Positions 8,782-17,751 of a DNA stretch of 32,101 nt are shown here, one piece after another. Below the pieces are notes generated by a model, which was not told the DNA's origin, ran no database searches, and worked only from the letters and a program-made list of their open reading frames with translations. Source of the DNA: a virus (taxonomy: Duplodnaviria > Caudoviricetes). A program made the translations under genes and the position numbers. The stretch is taken from IMG/VR virus record IMGVR_UViG_3300033067_001487, positions 1 to 32,101 of that record; one strand, 5' to 3'. Positions within the stretch are counted from its first letter, which is position 1, and the number at the start of each line of letters is the position of its first letter.

Positions 8782-10299
8782 TTATTTTTTAATTGGTAAA
8801 ATGTTTTGCCACTGAGATACTATCTCGACCGCATTGTATCTGAGCCACTTCACGACATCCTCATCTTCCACATCATCAGGGATAGAGTAGAGAAGCTCTA
8901 TCTGGTCATCGAGCTCTTGCGTACGGACAAGCGGGAGTAGTCCGGTTTCTACCATATCGTTCATCCAAATATACCGTGGATCGTTCAATTTTCGTGATCG
9001 ACCAAGACCCAGATCACTTGTGCCTTGTAGGGGAGCCCAATGATCTACACACGTAGCTATATTGAGCTCATCAAGGATGATCTTGTAGCCCAGCTCGAGC
9101 GCACGATAGGCTATATCAGTGTTGTCATATCCAAGTCCCTCATCATAGAACTCGTACCATCCGCCAAGCTCCTTAGCTACTTTTACGGGGATGGCTCCGT
9201 AGTTTTGTTCAAAGTCATAAGGATTGTCTGTATTCCTTAGTCCTTTATTCTGTATGCGTACGTTTTTTCGTATAAATGTACCAAATATGTCGTCCTCACC
9301 ATTGAACCAGTCTTCACTCTCAATGTCTGGCTTTACTTTGGCAGCGACATATATATCGGGTAGTGCGATTAGACTGTCAGGATGATCTTTGTGTAGTTTC
9401 ACAATCTGCTCGATTCCATCAAGCGGCATATACACGAAATCTTGTAGGAATACCAGTATCGATCCTTTAGCATTCTGCAGGGCAGTGTTGTTAGCATTTA
9501 CAAGCCCGTACGTTCGCTTGATTTTCCGTGGCTTACCTTTCATATACCGTATATCTATGTTCCACTCTTTAGCAGTCTTGGCAGCGATCTCTGATCGGTC
9601 ATCTTTGTAATCGTCTACGATCAGCCACTCTACGTTTTTATATGTTTGCTCACTTATGTTTTTTGCCATTGATCGCCAAAAGCCTTTTCTTATAGTAGCG
9701 GTATAAATAGTCACCTTGATGCCTTCGTCTTTTTCATTGAATACATTGATCCATTTAGCCGCAATGTCCTTCCATTGATAGTTTCTTGCAAACTCAACAC
9801 CTTTTTTCTGCTCTTGCTTCCATTTATTTTCATCGCTCATAAGGTCAAAAAGTGACTCAAGGTATTTTCTGTTTGTTTCCTCATCATATATATCACCGTC
9901 CACCTTTATGCCTGACCCAACAGTTTCTTTGAGCGCAAATACGTTGGTGACCACGGGGACGCAGCCATCAGCCTGACACTCAAGTGCGGTGATACAGTTG
10001 ATCTCATTGAACCACGTAGGATAGGACCATATTCCACACGATTGTCTTAGTTTTTTCAGCTCAGCTTTTCCTAGCCTTCCATGGTCGACTATGCCTGGGT
10101 ATTGCATCTTCTCAACGATTCCAGCTTTCCATGCTTTACGCTCCGGATTGTTTGCAAATATCATATCGAACACCTTCCATCCATAAGCGATGTGGAGCTC
10201 TGCATCAGGAAACATTGTTTTTATTTCCGGCCACATATCAAGAAGCACATCAAGTCCACGATCAGGAGAGGAAAGGTAGCAGAGTTTATGATGTCTCAT
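8782..10299 (-). CDS. Glycosyltransferase: C-terminal lobe of a GT4/GT-B domain fused to a GT2 domain
   Basis: Starts at YLSSPDRGL...YPTWFNEINCITALECQADG (GT-B C-lobe), then EWLIVDD, FLQD and GYDNTD (GT2). Confidence 0.85.
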   Translation of the reverse strand: MRHHKLCYLSSPDRGLDVLLDMWPEIKTMFPDAELHIAYGWKVFDMIFANNPERKAWKAGIVEKMQYPGIVDHGRLGKAELKKLRQSCGIWSYPTWFNEINCITALECQADGCVPVVTNVFALKETVGSGIKVDGDIYDEETNRKYLESLFDLMSDENKWKQEQKKGVEFARNYQWKDIAAKWINVFNEKDEGIKVTIYTATIRKGFWRSMAKNISEQTYKNVEWLIVDDYKDDRSEIAAKTAKEWNIDIRYMKGKPRKIKRTYGLVNANNTALQNAKGSILVFLQDFVYMPLDGIEQIVKLHKDHPDSLIALPDIYVAAKVKPDIESEDWFNGEDDIFGTFIRKNVRIQNKGLRNTDNPYDFEQNYGAIPVKVAKELGGWYEFYDEGLGYDNTDIAYRALELGYKIILDELNIATCVDHWAPLQGTSDLGLGRSRKLNDPRYIWMNDMVETGLLPLVRTQELDDQIELLYSIPDDVEDEDVVKWLRYNAVEIVSQWQNILPIKK

Positions 10300-12062
10300 A
10301 TTCCGTTTGAAATAATTGCAAACTTATGGTCTGCTATAGATGGAGCTATTGATCGATGATAGTTACTCTTGACCATTATTTTGTCGATTGCATTGAGCTG
10401 TTCAGGGTGCAGATCAACGGGAGAATAGATGTCATGCAGATCAACGAAAAACTTTCGGCACTTTACTTGACCCGCTAGTTGCCATCCCCTCCACTGCACA
10501 AATATGTTGAAGAAGTCATTTTTATTGAAGTGGAACCATGGCAGCCAGGTGACTCCATCTCGTGTCCCTTCCTTGACAGGATCACCATACACCGTTACCT
10601 TATACCCCATCTTCGCCCACTCTTGAGAAAGCCTGATGACCGATGTCTCTGATCCACCAATACCTGTTTCAAGTGCGGATTCGTCCCATTTCTCGAAAAA
10701 CTTAGCTCCAAAGTTTGCAAAATAGCAAATCTCATCCTCACCCCATTTACGGGGTGGAAGAACTTCCTTGCGTATAGATTGAGCAAATGGTTGCTGTGAT
10801 ATGGCCTGTGGAAGTGCATCGAGCGTCTTGATGACTGCTTTTGTGTCACCGATTGAATTAAGATAGATAAGTAGCTTATGCGTGTCCTTACATGCCTCGT
10901 TCAGATCATTAGCATCTGATAGGAAATCAACCATCTCTCCGTGTTGCTTGTCTGGGTGCTCGCTGTAGAGTAGTTTGGCAGCTTCCAGAGCCTTCTTTGT
11001 GTCTTTTTTGACTTCATAGTTTAGCTTGAGTAGTAGCTCTGCAAAAAGCACCTTCATTCCTTTGAAATTAGTGATGTTGGTTCCTTTATTATCCAGATCC
11101 ATGTTTGACGCTACATTGAGCCAGTACTCGCACGCACGATAGTTTTTGAGATTGTAGTAGGCATAGGCAAGGCGTATGTAGATAAGGGGCTGGTATGGCC
11201 ACTCTGCAATTGCGTTGTGCAGGCACTTTACCGCCTCTGCATCTTTACCTAGTTTGCCGTAGGCAATGGCCATGTGCTCGTTGCATGTGCCTCTTTCTTC
11301 ATCCCACCCAGACTTGGCAAGATACTCCTTACCCATTTCCACCACTTTATTTAGTATTTCTTTATCATCCAGCTCAGTGTAGATTTTCATGAGATAGAGA
11401 ATGGTGCGCGGATCTGTTTTCCCTGCTTTCTTTTCATCCTCTAGCTGCAATTCAAGTATTCGTCTATTCCGTTTAAGTTTTTCTTGTAGATCCGTATCAA
11501 GTGAGCAATGCATAACTGCTATTGGCCTTTCAGTCTCATGATAGTTATATGAAGTATATGTGTGCTTGGCTCCGTTTACTGGTACTGGTGTTTCGTGTAG
11601 TCTACCTTTCCAGGTTATCGTACCGGGCCGAATCAATCTTTCACGCATATGTTCCATGTCTACTTTAACCAGTGTAGATGGTGATGGTGGCCCACTAAAC
11701 TGACAACCATACCAGTAGGTAAAGAACACCACGTCTTTTTTGTTTTCCTTGGCAAGTTCCGCTACTTCTTTGAGTGCTGGTCCTCCCACAAAAAAGTCAT
11801 CAGAGTCGATCCACAATATGTAGTCCGTATCCTTAGCTGCTTGAGAAAAGTTAAAGTTACGCACAGCAGAGAAATCATCATTCCAAGCAAAGTGGGAGAA
11901 GTAGTATCCATTATCGATACAGTATCTGTTTATTTTGATGTCATTCTTTCCTGTTGTTGTTATGTATACACCATCAACAAACGGAGCCACAGATCCTACT
12001 GCTCTGACAAGTCCTGAGTATTCCGTGTCGTCTTTGACGATGATGCACGCTGATATTTTCAT
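10296..12062 (-). CDS. Glycosyltransferase: GT2 + TPR repeats + N-terminal lobe of a GT4/GT-B domain
   Basis: ISACIIVKD, W.DDFSA.RN, WIDSDD and GRLHE (GT2-TPR type); helical TPR-like middle; then GIGGSETS...DLHD...KSNYH...ISNGI (GT-B N-lobe). Confidence 0.85.
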   Translation of the reverse strand: MKISACIIVKDDTEYSGLVRAVGSVAPFVDGVYITTTGKNDIKINRYCIDNGYYFSHFAWNDDFSAVRNFNFSQAAKDTDYILWIDSDDFFVGGPALKEVAELAKENKKDVVFFTYWYGCQFSGPPSPSTLVKVDMEHMRERLIRPGTITWKGRLHETPVPVNGAKHTYTSYNYHETERPIAVMHCSLDTDLQEKLKRNRRILELQLEDEKKAGKTDPRTILYLMKIYTELDDKEILNKVVEMGKEYLAKSGWDEERGTCNEHMAIAYGKLGKDAEAVKCLHNAIAEWPYQPLIYIRLAYAYYNLKNYRACEYWLNVASNMDLDNKGTNITNFKGMKVLFAELLLKLNYEVKKDTKKALEAAKLLYSEHPDKQHGEMVDFLSDANDLNEACKDTHKLLIYLNSIGDTKAVIKTLDALPQAISQQPFAQSIRKEVLPPRKWGEDEICYFANFGAKFFEKWDESALETGIGGSETSVIRLSQEWAKMGYKVTVYGDPVKEGTRDGVTWLPWFHFNKNDFFNIFVQWRGWQLAGQVKCRKFFVDLHDIYSPVDLHPEQLNAIDKIMVKSNYHRSIAPSIADHKFAIISNGI

Positions 12063-12439
12063 AGCTTTAGATTAGTAGTCTTGAATAATGGGAAATCATG
12101 CGTCAATCGTTTAAGAAACTTTCTTTCTTTAAGGTCTTGACCAGGAAGGAGTATTTTCAGCATCTGGTACAACGTTGGAGGAAACCCAGCCATGTTGTAT
12201 CCGAATCCTTTTGCATGTGCCTGCAGAGATCGTTCATTTTTCAAATCTATATCGCGATCATGCATCCAGTCCGCGGCCTCTTCAGGATAAAAAGATTCCC
12301 ATGCTTTGACACAGGCTTTCATGACAGCCCATCCGGCTTCAGTAGAGCAATCGTCTGGCTTTCCTACTTTTTCCCACACATCATTCAGAAACTTTGTCAT
12401 CGCAGCTAATTCCGTAGATACCTGTTCGTAAACAGCCAT
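12059..12439 (-). CDS. Hypothetical phage protein downstream of the capsid gene
   Basis: 126 aa with own promoter; ATGA-coupled to the glycosyltransferase cassette. Confidence 0.7.
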   Translation of the reverse strand: MAVYEQVSTELAAMTKFLNDVWEKVGKPDDCSTEAGWAVMKACVKAWESFYPEEAADWMHDRDIDLKNERSLQAHAKGFGYNMAGFPPTLYQMLKILLPGQDLKERKFLKRLTHDFPLFKTTNLKL

Positions 12440-12445
12440 GTAAAG

Positions 12446-12474
12446 AACCTAGACACAGCCCTATGTATTTGCAA
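12446..12474 (-). promoter_or_regulatory. Promoter P4 (TTGCAA-17-TAGGTT), leaderless, half-site class
   Basis: -35 at 12469-12474, -10 at 12446-12451, ATG at 12439. Shares GCTGTGTCTAGGTT with P7. Confidence 0.75.
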
Positions 12475-12479
12475 GGGAT

Positions 12480-12511
12480 AAAAAATCCCCTCCTTTTAAG
12501 GGGAGGGGTTT
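12480..12511 (-). terminator. Rho-independent terminator after the major capsid gene
   Basis: Minus strand ACCCCTCCCC-TTAA-AAGGAGGGGA followed by TTTTTT, starting about 18 nt after the stop. Confidence 0.85.
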
Positions 12512-12528
12512 CGTGCAAATCAATCGCG

Positions 12529-13452
12529 TTATAGCGTTGTTGCATACCCAGTTCGCTTGGCACTTGCTCTTTGAGCAAATGATACGAGCGTAAACTCGGT
12601 AAGATACTGCCCAGCATCGTAGTCTCCTGATACAGCAAGACTTTGGAAGTTAGGCTCACGTCCTTTAAGGAAGGAGTGCTTGTAGGTATCTTCTCGCAGT
12701 GCGTACACTGTAAGTGATCCTGCAACGGCACGGACATCCTTATGAGGAATTACCATGACAGTCTGTCCGACTTGTGAGTCGTAAACTCGGATCTCGTTGA
12801 CGAGCTTCTTTGAGGAAGCATCGATGTTTCGAGTCAAGTTTGAGGTAAATCCAGAAATGCGGCGCTTGATGACCATAGGGGCCACGAGCAAATCAGCCAC
12901 ATATTCTGAACCAACCTGATCCCATGAGTCTTGAAGAATGTCATTGAGCTCAGTCTCGGTAAATGACGTACCAGAGGCACGACCAGTTACACAAGATGAG
13001 ATCATTCCATCAAATCCAGCCATTCCACGAGCGACACCCGAGGAACCTGATGCACGGGTACCGTTGATGGTAGCCCATTCCATCTTAGCCTTGAGGCGGA
13101 TAAGCGCCTGTCTCTTTTGGAATGCATAAGGATCTTCACTCAGGGCGGTGCTAACAGCACGCTCAGTTCCGGAGACCTTTACAGGCTCTGAAACGATAGC
13201 AGTGATGTTGTTGGTGCGTGCAGGAGCTGTAAGATCAGCGTATGCAGCATCAGCGCCTTCGATCGCGAACGTCACTGAAGTAGGACGCGCAGTGTTGTAA
13301 GTAACCCACTCATGGAGTGTGTTGCTTGCTGGTGATGCGACACCAAGGTTTGTGACGAAATAGTTATCGGTGTTTGGAGACACATCTTTCAAGATAGAAA
13401 GAAGGCTTTCACGTCGAGAACCATCATCGGCAGTTTGTAAACCGAATGCCAT
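12529..13452 (-). CDS. Major capsid protein (SU10-like/DUF5309 type, HK97 fold)
   Basis: 307 aa with RESL, HEW, EGADA, N.T.I....VSGT, R.M.G and EFTL motifs. Follows the scaffold and has a strong terminator. Confidence 0.88.
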   Translation of the reverse strand: MAFGLQTADDGSRRESLLSILKDVSPNTDNYFVTNLGVASPASNTLHEWVTYNTARPTSVTFAIEGADAAYADLTAPARTNNITAIVSEPVKVSGTERAVSTALSEDPYAFQKRQALIRLKAKMEWATINGTRASGSSGVARGMAGFDGMISSCVTGRASGTSFTETELNDILQDSWDQVGSEYVADLLVAPMVIKRRISGFTSNLTRNIDASSKKLVNEIRVYDSQVGQTVMVIPHKDVRAVAGSLTVYALREDTYKHSFLKGREPNFQSLAVSGDYDAGQYLTEFTLVSFAQRASAKRTGYATTL

Positions 13453-13474
13453 TTGTAATATAAAAAATGCTAAT

Positions 13475-14314
13475 TTAGTAACCTGCTCGTCTTAGACGCT
13501 CATTGAAAGCGCTTAAGTCGCCTTGGCGAGTCCCCTTTACTAAATCATCTTCCGATAACTTAGGCGTTGGACTTCTTTTGCCGCCTGCCTGTGCGGTAGC
13601 TTGTTGCCTTTGGGCGAGAGCGTCATTTTGAGGAGCTTCTGCTTGTGGTGGCTTGTAATATGCCATCACCTGCTTAGCCGCCTCGATTGGATCCGTCCTA
13701 CCTTGAGTCATTTGAAATACCAATTCCTTCTTCAAGTGATTGTAGAAGGCAGGATCAAACTTATCAGAGTATGGATCAGCCTGGGGGAACGACTCATGGA
13801 GCTTTTGAGTTACTTGGGTTTGCTCGAATCGAGCAATCTTTTCTTCAGCAGCTTTAGCGCGTTCCTCAGCTCGTTTGGCAGCTTCAAGGGCTACCTTTTG
13901 ACGAGAATCCGAATCTTTTAATGTGCGCTCAAGGAATTGTGTATCTAGATAGCCTTCCTTATCCACTAGACTCTGTTTGACCTCCTCCACTTGTTGAGTT
14001 AGCTCAACAGGCAGAGTTGCCGGGGCCTCTTGGACTTGTTGGACCGGGGGCGGACTAAATAATTCTTCCATCACCGATGCAGGTCTACTTTGTTGCTCTT
14101 TTAGTCGCAACTGTTCGGCAAGCTCTTTGTTTTTAGCTTTGAGCTTCTCAAACTCCTGTCTCGTCCGCTCGCTTGCGTCTGCGGGGAGCTCGCCTTCTGT
14201 GCTGGCCGGCACTTCCGGTGGGGTCTGACTGGTAACGGTTGGTTTGGTTTCCGCAGGCATGGCGGTAGCTGTTACTCCTTCAGCTCTTTCTTCTTGCCCG
14301 AGTGAATCTGGCAT
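13475..14314 (-). CDS. Putative capsid scaffolding protein
   Basis: 279 aa, acidic Pro-rich N-terminus and coiled coils; directly upstream of the capsid gene. Confidence 0.75.
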   Translation of the reverse strand: MPDSLGQEERAEGVTATAMPAETKPTVTSQTPPEVPASTEGELPADASERTRQEFEKLKAKNKELAEQLRLKEQQSRPASVMEELFSPPPVQQVQEAPATLPVELTQQVEEVKQSLVDKEGYLDTQFLERTLKDSDSRQKVALEAAKRAEERAKAAEEKIARFEQTQVTQKLHESFPQADPYSDKFDPAFYNHLKKELVFQMTQGRTDPIEAAKQVMAYYKPPQAEAPQNDALAQRQQATAQAGGKRSPTPKLSEDDLVKGTRQGDLSAFNERLRRAGY

Positions 14315-14391
14315 AGATTCGTAAAAGGTGGATATTTTAATTGCTCTGTTATTTTTCCAGCTAGAGCATCGGCTGTACCACTTCTAGGAGA

Positions 14392-14421
14392 AACTTAGAA
14401 GCAGGGTGCGTAGGTTTGCAA
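14392..14421 (-). promoter_or_regulatory. Late promoter P5 (TTGCAA-18-TAAGTT) with dyad and about 70 nt leader
   Basis: -35 at 14416-14421, -10 at 14392-14397. Dyad aacttag-N11-gtaggtt. Serves scaffold and capsid genes. Confidence 0.75.
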
Positions 14422-14422
14422 G

Positions 14423-14620
14423 TTATCTATTTTTGAGGATTTCGTAGAGGGTTGCCACATCATGACCTTGCCATCCTGCATGACATTTTTTGCAGGTAAG
14501 TGTATTGTCTTTCAGCTCAACGTCTTTATGTTCACACGTTGTGTGTTTTATTTCGACCGTTTCTTTTTCCCCATCAAATGCTTCATCGGGGAGTGGTGGG
14601 AGTGGCTCTTTAGATGACAT
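14423..14620 (-). CDS. Small putative zinc-binding protein
   Basis: ATG at 14620 overlaps the end of the upstream gene; CEH...CKKC ligands. Confidence 0.6.
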   Translation of the reverse strand: MSSKEPLPPLPDEAFDGEKETVEIKHTTCEHKDVELKDNTLTCKKCHAGWQGHDVATLYEILKNR

Positions 14621-14906
14621 AGCTTGAGGGGTCAGCAACTATTTGTTTGGCAAGCGTCTTTTCTGCTTCTTCCATATGTTCAAGAAGTCTGAGCAGTTCC
14701 TCATATGCTTGTGCCTTGGCCTTCATCTCCTGATACTTGAATATGAATGTATCTTTGTCTTTGTATTTCTCAACATCAAGCCAACGTACCTTTACCAGTT
14801 CATTAAGCACAGGCACAAGGTAATTTTGACAGTCTGTCGACTTATACAGACGGTTAAGGGCTTGAGCCTTTTCAAGCTCAAGCTGTAGCTTTTCTTTTTT
14901 TGTCAT
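14610..14906 (-). CDS. Hypothetical helical protein following the portal gene
   Basis: 98 aa coiled-coil, starts 1 nt after the portal stop. Confidence 0.7.
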   Translation of the reverse strand: MTKKEKLQLELEKAQALNRLYKSTDCQNYLVPVLNELVKVRWLDVEKYKDKDTFIFKYQEMKAKAQAYEELLRLLEHMEEAEKTLAKQIVADPSSYVI

Positions 14907-14907
14907 A

Positions 14908-16905
14908 TTAGCCCATCATCATCTGGCTAGGATCAGGCTGAGACATTTGGTCTCCGCCCATCATAGACATTTCTGGTGGCGTTGATTGATCTGCTCCTTG
15001 GGGGAGAGCAGGCATTGGACCCTGTTGAGCTGGTCCTTGTGGTAGTTGCTGAATAGGTCTGAAATACCTATCTGAGTCACGGAGACCCATATCTTCAAGT
15101 ATGTCAGTGAATAGATCCTTGAATGCTGGTTCTACACCTTCTTTAGACAGTTGCTGCATGGCAATAGGTGACGCAATCATTTCAAGCGCCTTCTGACGGC
15201 CTGCAATGAGTTCTTCTCCTGCACCTGATGCCATACTCTTAACTGACGGGATATAGTCAAACGTTCCATCAAGATCATCTGGGGTTATGGAGATTTCAGC
15301 AGAGGAATTATCCTCATCAATTCGCATCTTTGGCTTATACATTAGTTTTTCTGGGTCTTTTTCTTTTGGATTAGTGAATACGGGGTACTTAGGTACCTTG
15401 CCTGACTCTGCAAGTGACTGTATCTCTTGATCGGTAAGGTCGCCATTGTGTTGACCAATGATGTCTGCGATGACTTGAGCAGACTCACCAGGTAGCTGCA
15501 TCTCATCAAGTTCAAGCTGTTTGAATCCATTGTAAAGCTGAGGCCCTACAATTCTGACTATGTACTCTACTTTTTCTTTGTCTGCAAACAAGAATTGTTG
15601 GTTGTTTGATACCCACATACCCATCATGTCTTGGATTGATTCTGACAGTGACGCTTGATTCTTTTCATCGCGTACGTTTTGCTGTCTAAATGATTGTTTT
15701 ATTTCCGTAGCTGTTTTTTTGCCATTGGTAGGATCAATTGCTGACACTCCCTGGGAAATATCACCCATTGCAGTATTGAATGCGCTGGTAAGAGCCTGAT
15801 ACGTTGATTGGAAGTATCGCATTGCCTCACCATTTGATTGAAACTCTGTTACTGCATCCGGACGATCTACGATCCATTGAGCCTCAGCGCCAAAGGCGAT
15901 GGTTTCTATTCGAGCTGCACCATCAATGACTTTGAGTGGCGGGCGCATGTGAATATTCATGTTATCGAGGTATCCACAGACTGTGGCTTGTATAGCTCTC
16001 CATAGTGGGATTACAGGCTCAACTTCTGATTCTCCATGTGGGTCGCCCTGTATTGGGTAGTAGCGAAGCTGTACAACGGGTATCTTTCCGTGCTTGTAAG
16101 GATTTTTTATCTTTCGGAGTATGTGTTTGTATCGTGGTGAGAAGGTAATCCAGTAGTCCTCACAGTACTCTGTGACTACTTCTATGGTCTGATGAGCTTT
16201 ATCATCTCCAACACGATCAGAAAGACCTTTAAGTGAAAGTACTTTATCTACGTATGCATTCTCGCGCTTATCGCTGTTATTTTGCATAAGCTCCTTGAGC
16301 TTGTTGAGGCCTGGGTACATAAGATCGCCTGATATATCAGACACTTCTTCCATGTCCTCAATCTTTGCCCATTCACGATGCTGAAACCACTTAGCACTTC
16401 GGATATGTTCAGCGCTTGGATCAAGGCCACAGTCGCGTATATCTAGTGGGGTGAGTTCGTTTCCATCAAACACAACTTTTCCATCTCTTTCTTCGTGTCT
16501 CCATTTGACGAGTCCAAACTTTGACGCATAGAGCCTGGTATCCATATCCATTTTGCCCCACTTGTCGAGCATTGATCCGCCATAGTTAGCGTTATCCCAT
16601 TGAAAGTCGAGTAGTGCGTTGTTGATGCGGGCCTTGATGACATCAGATCCCTCACGGGGGACAAGTCGCCCACGGAGCTTTGCATTAAGGAGTCGAGCAT
16701 TTTTCTCGATGAGCGAGGTGCGGATACGAGGATCTACCACGCGTGAGGTGTATGGCCAGTCTTTAGGGAGTCTACCCCAATATGCTTCTGTTACATCATC
16801 CCAGCCATTCTTGCGTGTTCTGCGTATATCGTTGTCGTCCGTCCACATTTCATAATGTGACAATACGTCTTTGAGTACCTGTTCATCTGAGGAGTTCTTT
16901 GCCAT
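14908..16905 (-). CDS. Portal protein (P22-like podovirus type)
   Basis: 665 aa with KNPYKHGKIPVV, GESEVE, TATEI motifs and a Gln/Pro/Met-rich C-tail; upstream of scaffold and capsid. Confidence 0.88.
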   Translation of the reverse strand: MAKNSSDEQVLKDVLSHYEMWTDDNDIRRTRKNGWDDVTEAYWGRLPKDWPYTSRVVDPRIRTSLIEKNARLLNAKLRGRLVPREGSDVIKARINNALLDFQWDNANYGGSMLDKWGKMDMDTRLYASKFGLVKWRHEERDGKVVFDGNELTPLDIRDCGLDPSAEHIRSAKWFQHREWAKIEDMEEVSDISGDLMYPGLNKLKELMQNNSDKRENAYVDKVLSLKGLSDRVGDDKAHQTIEVVTEYCEDYWITFSPRYKHILRKIKNPYKHGKIPVVQLRYYPIQGDPHGESEVEPVIPLWRAIQATVCGYLDNMNIHMRPPLKVIDGAARIETIAFGAEAQWIVDRPDAVTEFQSNGEAMRYFQSTYQALTSAFNTAMGDISQGVSAIDPTNGKKTATEIKQSFRQQNVRDEKNQASLSESIQDMMGMWVSNNQQFLFADKEKVEYIVRIVGPQLYNGFKQLELDEMQLPGESAQVIADIIGQHNGDLTDQEIQSLAESGKVPKYPVFTNPKEKDPEKLMYKPKMRIDEDNSSAEISITPDDLDGTFDYIPSVKSMASGAGEELIAGRQKALEMIASPIAMQQLSKEGVEPAFKDLFTDILEDMGLRDSDRYFRPIQQLPQGPAQQGPMPALPQGADQSTPPEMSMMGGDQMSQPDPSQMMMG

Positions 16906-16911
16906 GTGTAT

Positions 16912-16941
16912 AAACTAGGATCAAGCGGGCTAGGTTATCAA
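16912..16941 (-). promoter_or_regulatory. Late promoter P6 (TTGATA-18-TAGTTT), leaderless, with dyad
   Basis: -35 at 16936-16941, -10 at 16912-16917, ATG at 16905. Dyad aaactag-N11-ctaggtt. Confidence 0.8.
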
Positions 16942-16944
16942 CTA

Positions 16945-17214
16945 TCACTCCACATACCGTATATGGAGGATCGTGATGAGTCGCAAAAACCTATGTAATG
17001 AGTGAATATGTCTAAAAATTCGGATGTGCTGACACAAGTGACAGATCCGGATATATTGATCTTCACCTATTTTGAATAAAAATGCCTCTATACCTGGTGG
17101 CTGAGGTTGTCCGCATGTTTGACAATGCCAGACCAAGGGTCGGTTTTCAGTCTCAAGTCCTGTCGCAACTCGTCCCCATTTTGACCAGCTAAACTTGATG
17201 TTTTTCAGCTTCAC
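16945..17214 (-). CDS. Small zinc-finger protein (89 aa; start revised from 17379 to GTG 17214)
   Basis: CQTC...CHLC with His/Arg-rich tail. GTG sits 7 nt below a TAGGTT box, and the revised start removes the overlap with the CAP gene. Confidence 0.65.
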   Translation of the reverse strand: MKLKNIKFSWSKWGRVATGLETENRPLVWHCQTCGQPQPPGIEAFLFKIGEDQYIRICHLCQHIRIFRHIHSLHRFLRLITILHIRYVE

Positions 17215-17221
17215 AAGAAGA

Positions 17222-17250
17222 AACCTAGACACAGCGCCCGAGCATGTCAA
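17222..17250 (-). promoter_or_regulatory. Promoter P7 (TTGACA-17-TAGGTT), leaderless, half-site class
   Basis: -35 at 17245-17250, -10 at 17222-17227, GTG at 17214. Confidence 0.75.
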
Positions 17251-17263
17251 TAGTGAGGTGGTT

Positions 17264-17272
17264 TGGTATACT
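17264..17272 (+). promoter_or_regulatory. Extended -10 promoter (TGG-TATACT) for the CAP gene
   Basis: tggtatact ends 8 nt before ATG 17281; divergent from P7. Confidence 0.55.
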
Positions 17273-17280
17273 ATTGGCTC

Positions 17281-17751
17281 ATGGGAAAGCCCTCTATCGC
17301 TCCTGCTGCATTTTTTATCTTTTTTGTTGCTCTGATCCTGCTTCTTGCTTTGAGAAGTACAGTCCCAAGCGAATCGCACATCTATGAACCACCAGAGATC
17401 AAAGAAAATGTGCTCTCAGATCTGATCCAAAAGTGGAGAAGAGACAATAAACTGAAAGAGTTTCGTAGCTCGCCCAATCTCTGTGAGTTTGCAAATCACA
17501 GATTAGATATGGTGCAGATACATTTCTCGCATGATGGCTTTGTAGACTACTCAAACGAAAAGAAATACTACGGATACGACATACTTATGGAAAATCTATC
17601 TAAAGACTATCCATCAGAACAGGAGATGCTTGACAAATGGCTTGCTTCGCCTCTGCATTTAAAAAATCTTGAGAGTGAGGCACAGGATGCGTGCTTGAAG
17701 TGTAAAAACAACTACTGCGTGCACATATTTGGCGAGATGCTAGGACGCTAG
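17281..17751 (+). CDS. Membrane-anchored CAP/SCP-domain protein (moron-like)
   Basis: N-terminal TM helix; WRR..L, LCEFA..R, FSHDGF, ENL and WLASPLHLKN CAP motifs; opposite strand to its neighbours. Confidence 0.8.
   Translation: MGKPSIAPAAFFIFFVALILLLALRSTVPSESHIYEPPEIKENVLSDLIQKWRRDNKLKEFRSSPNLCEFANHRLDMVQIHFSHDGFVDYSNEKKYYGYDILMENLSKDYPSEQEMLDKWLASPLHLKNLESEAQDACLKCKNNYCVHIFGEMLGR

Noticed and set aside
17215-17379. N-terminal extension of the 144-aa minus-strand ORF
   Set aside because: It overlaps the CAP gene and two promoters; GTG 17214 fits the leaderless pattern.
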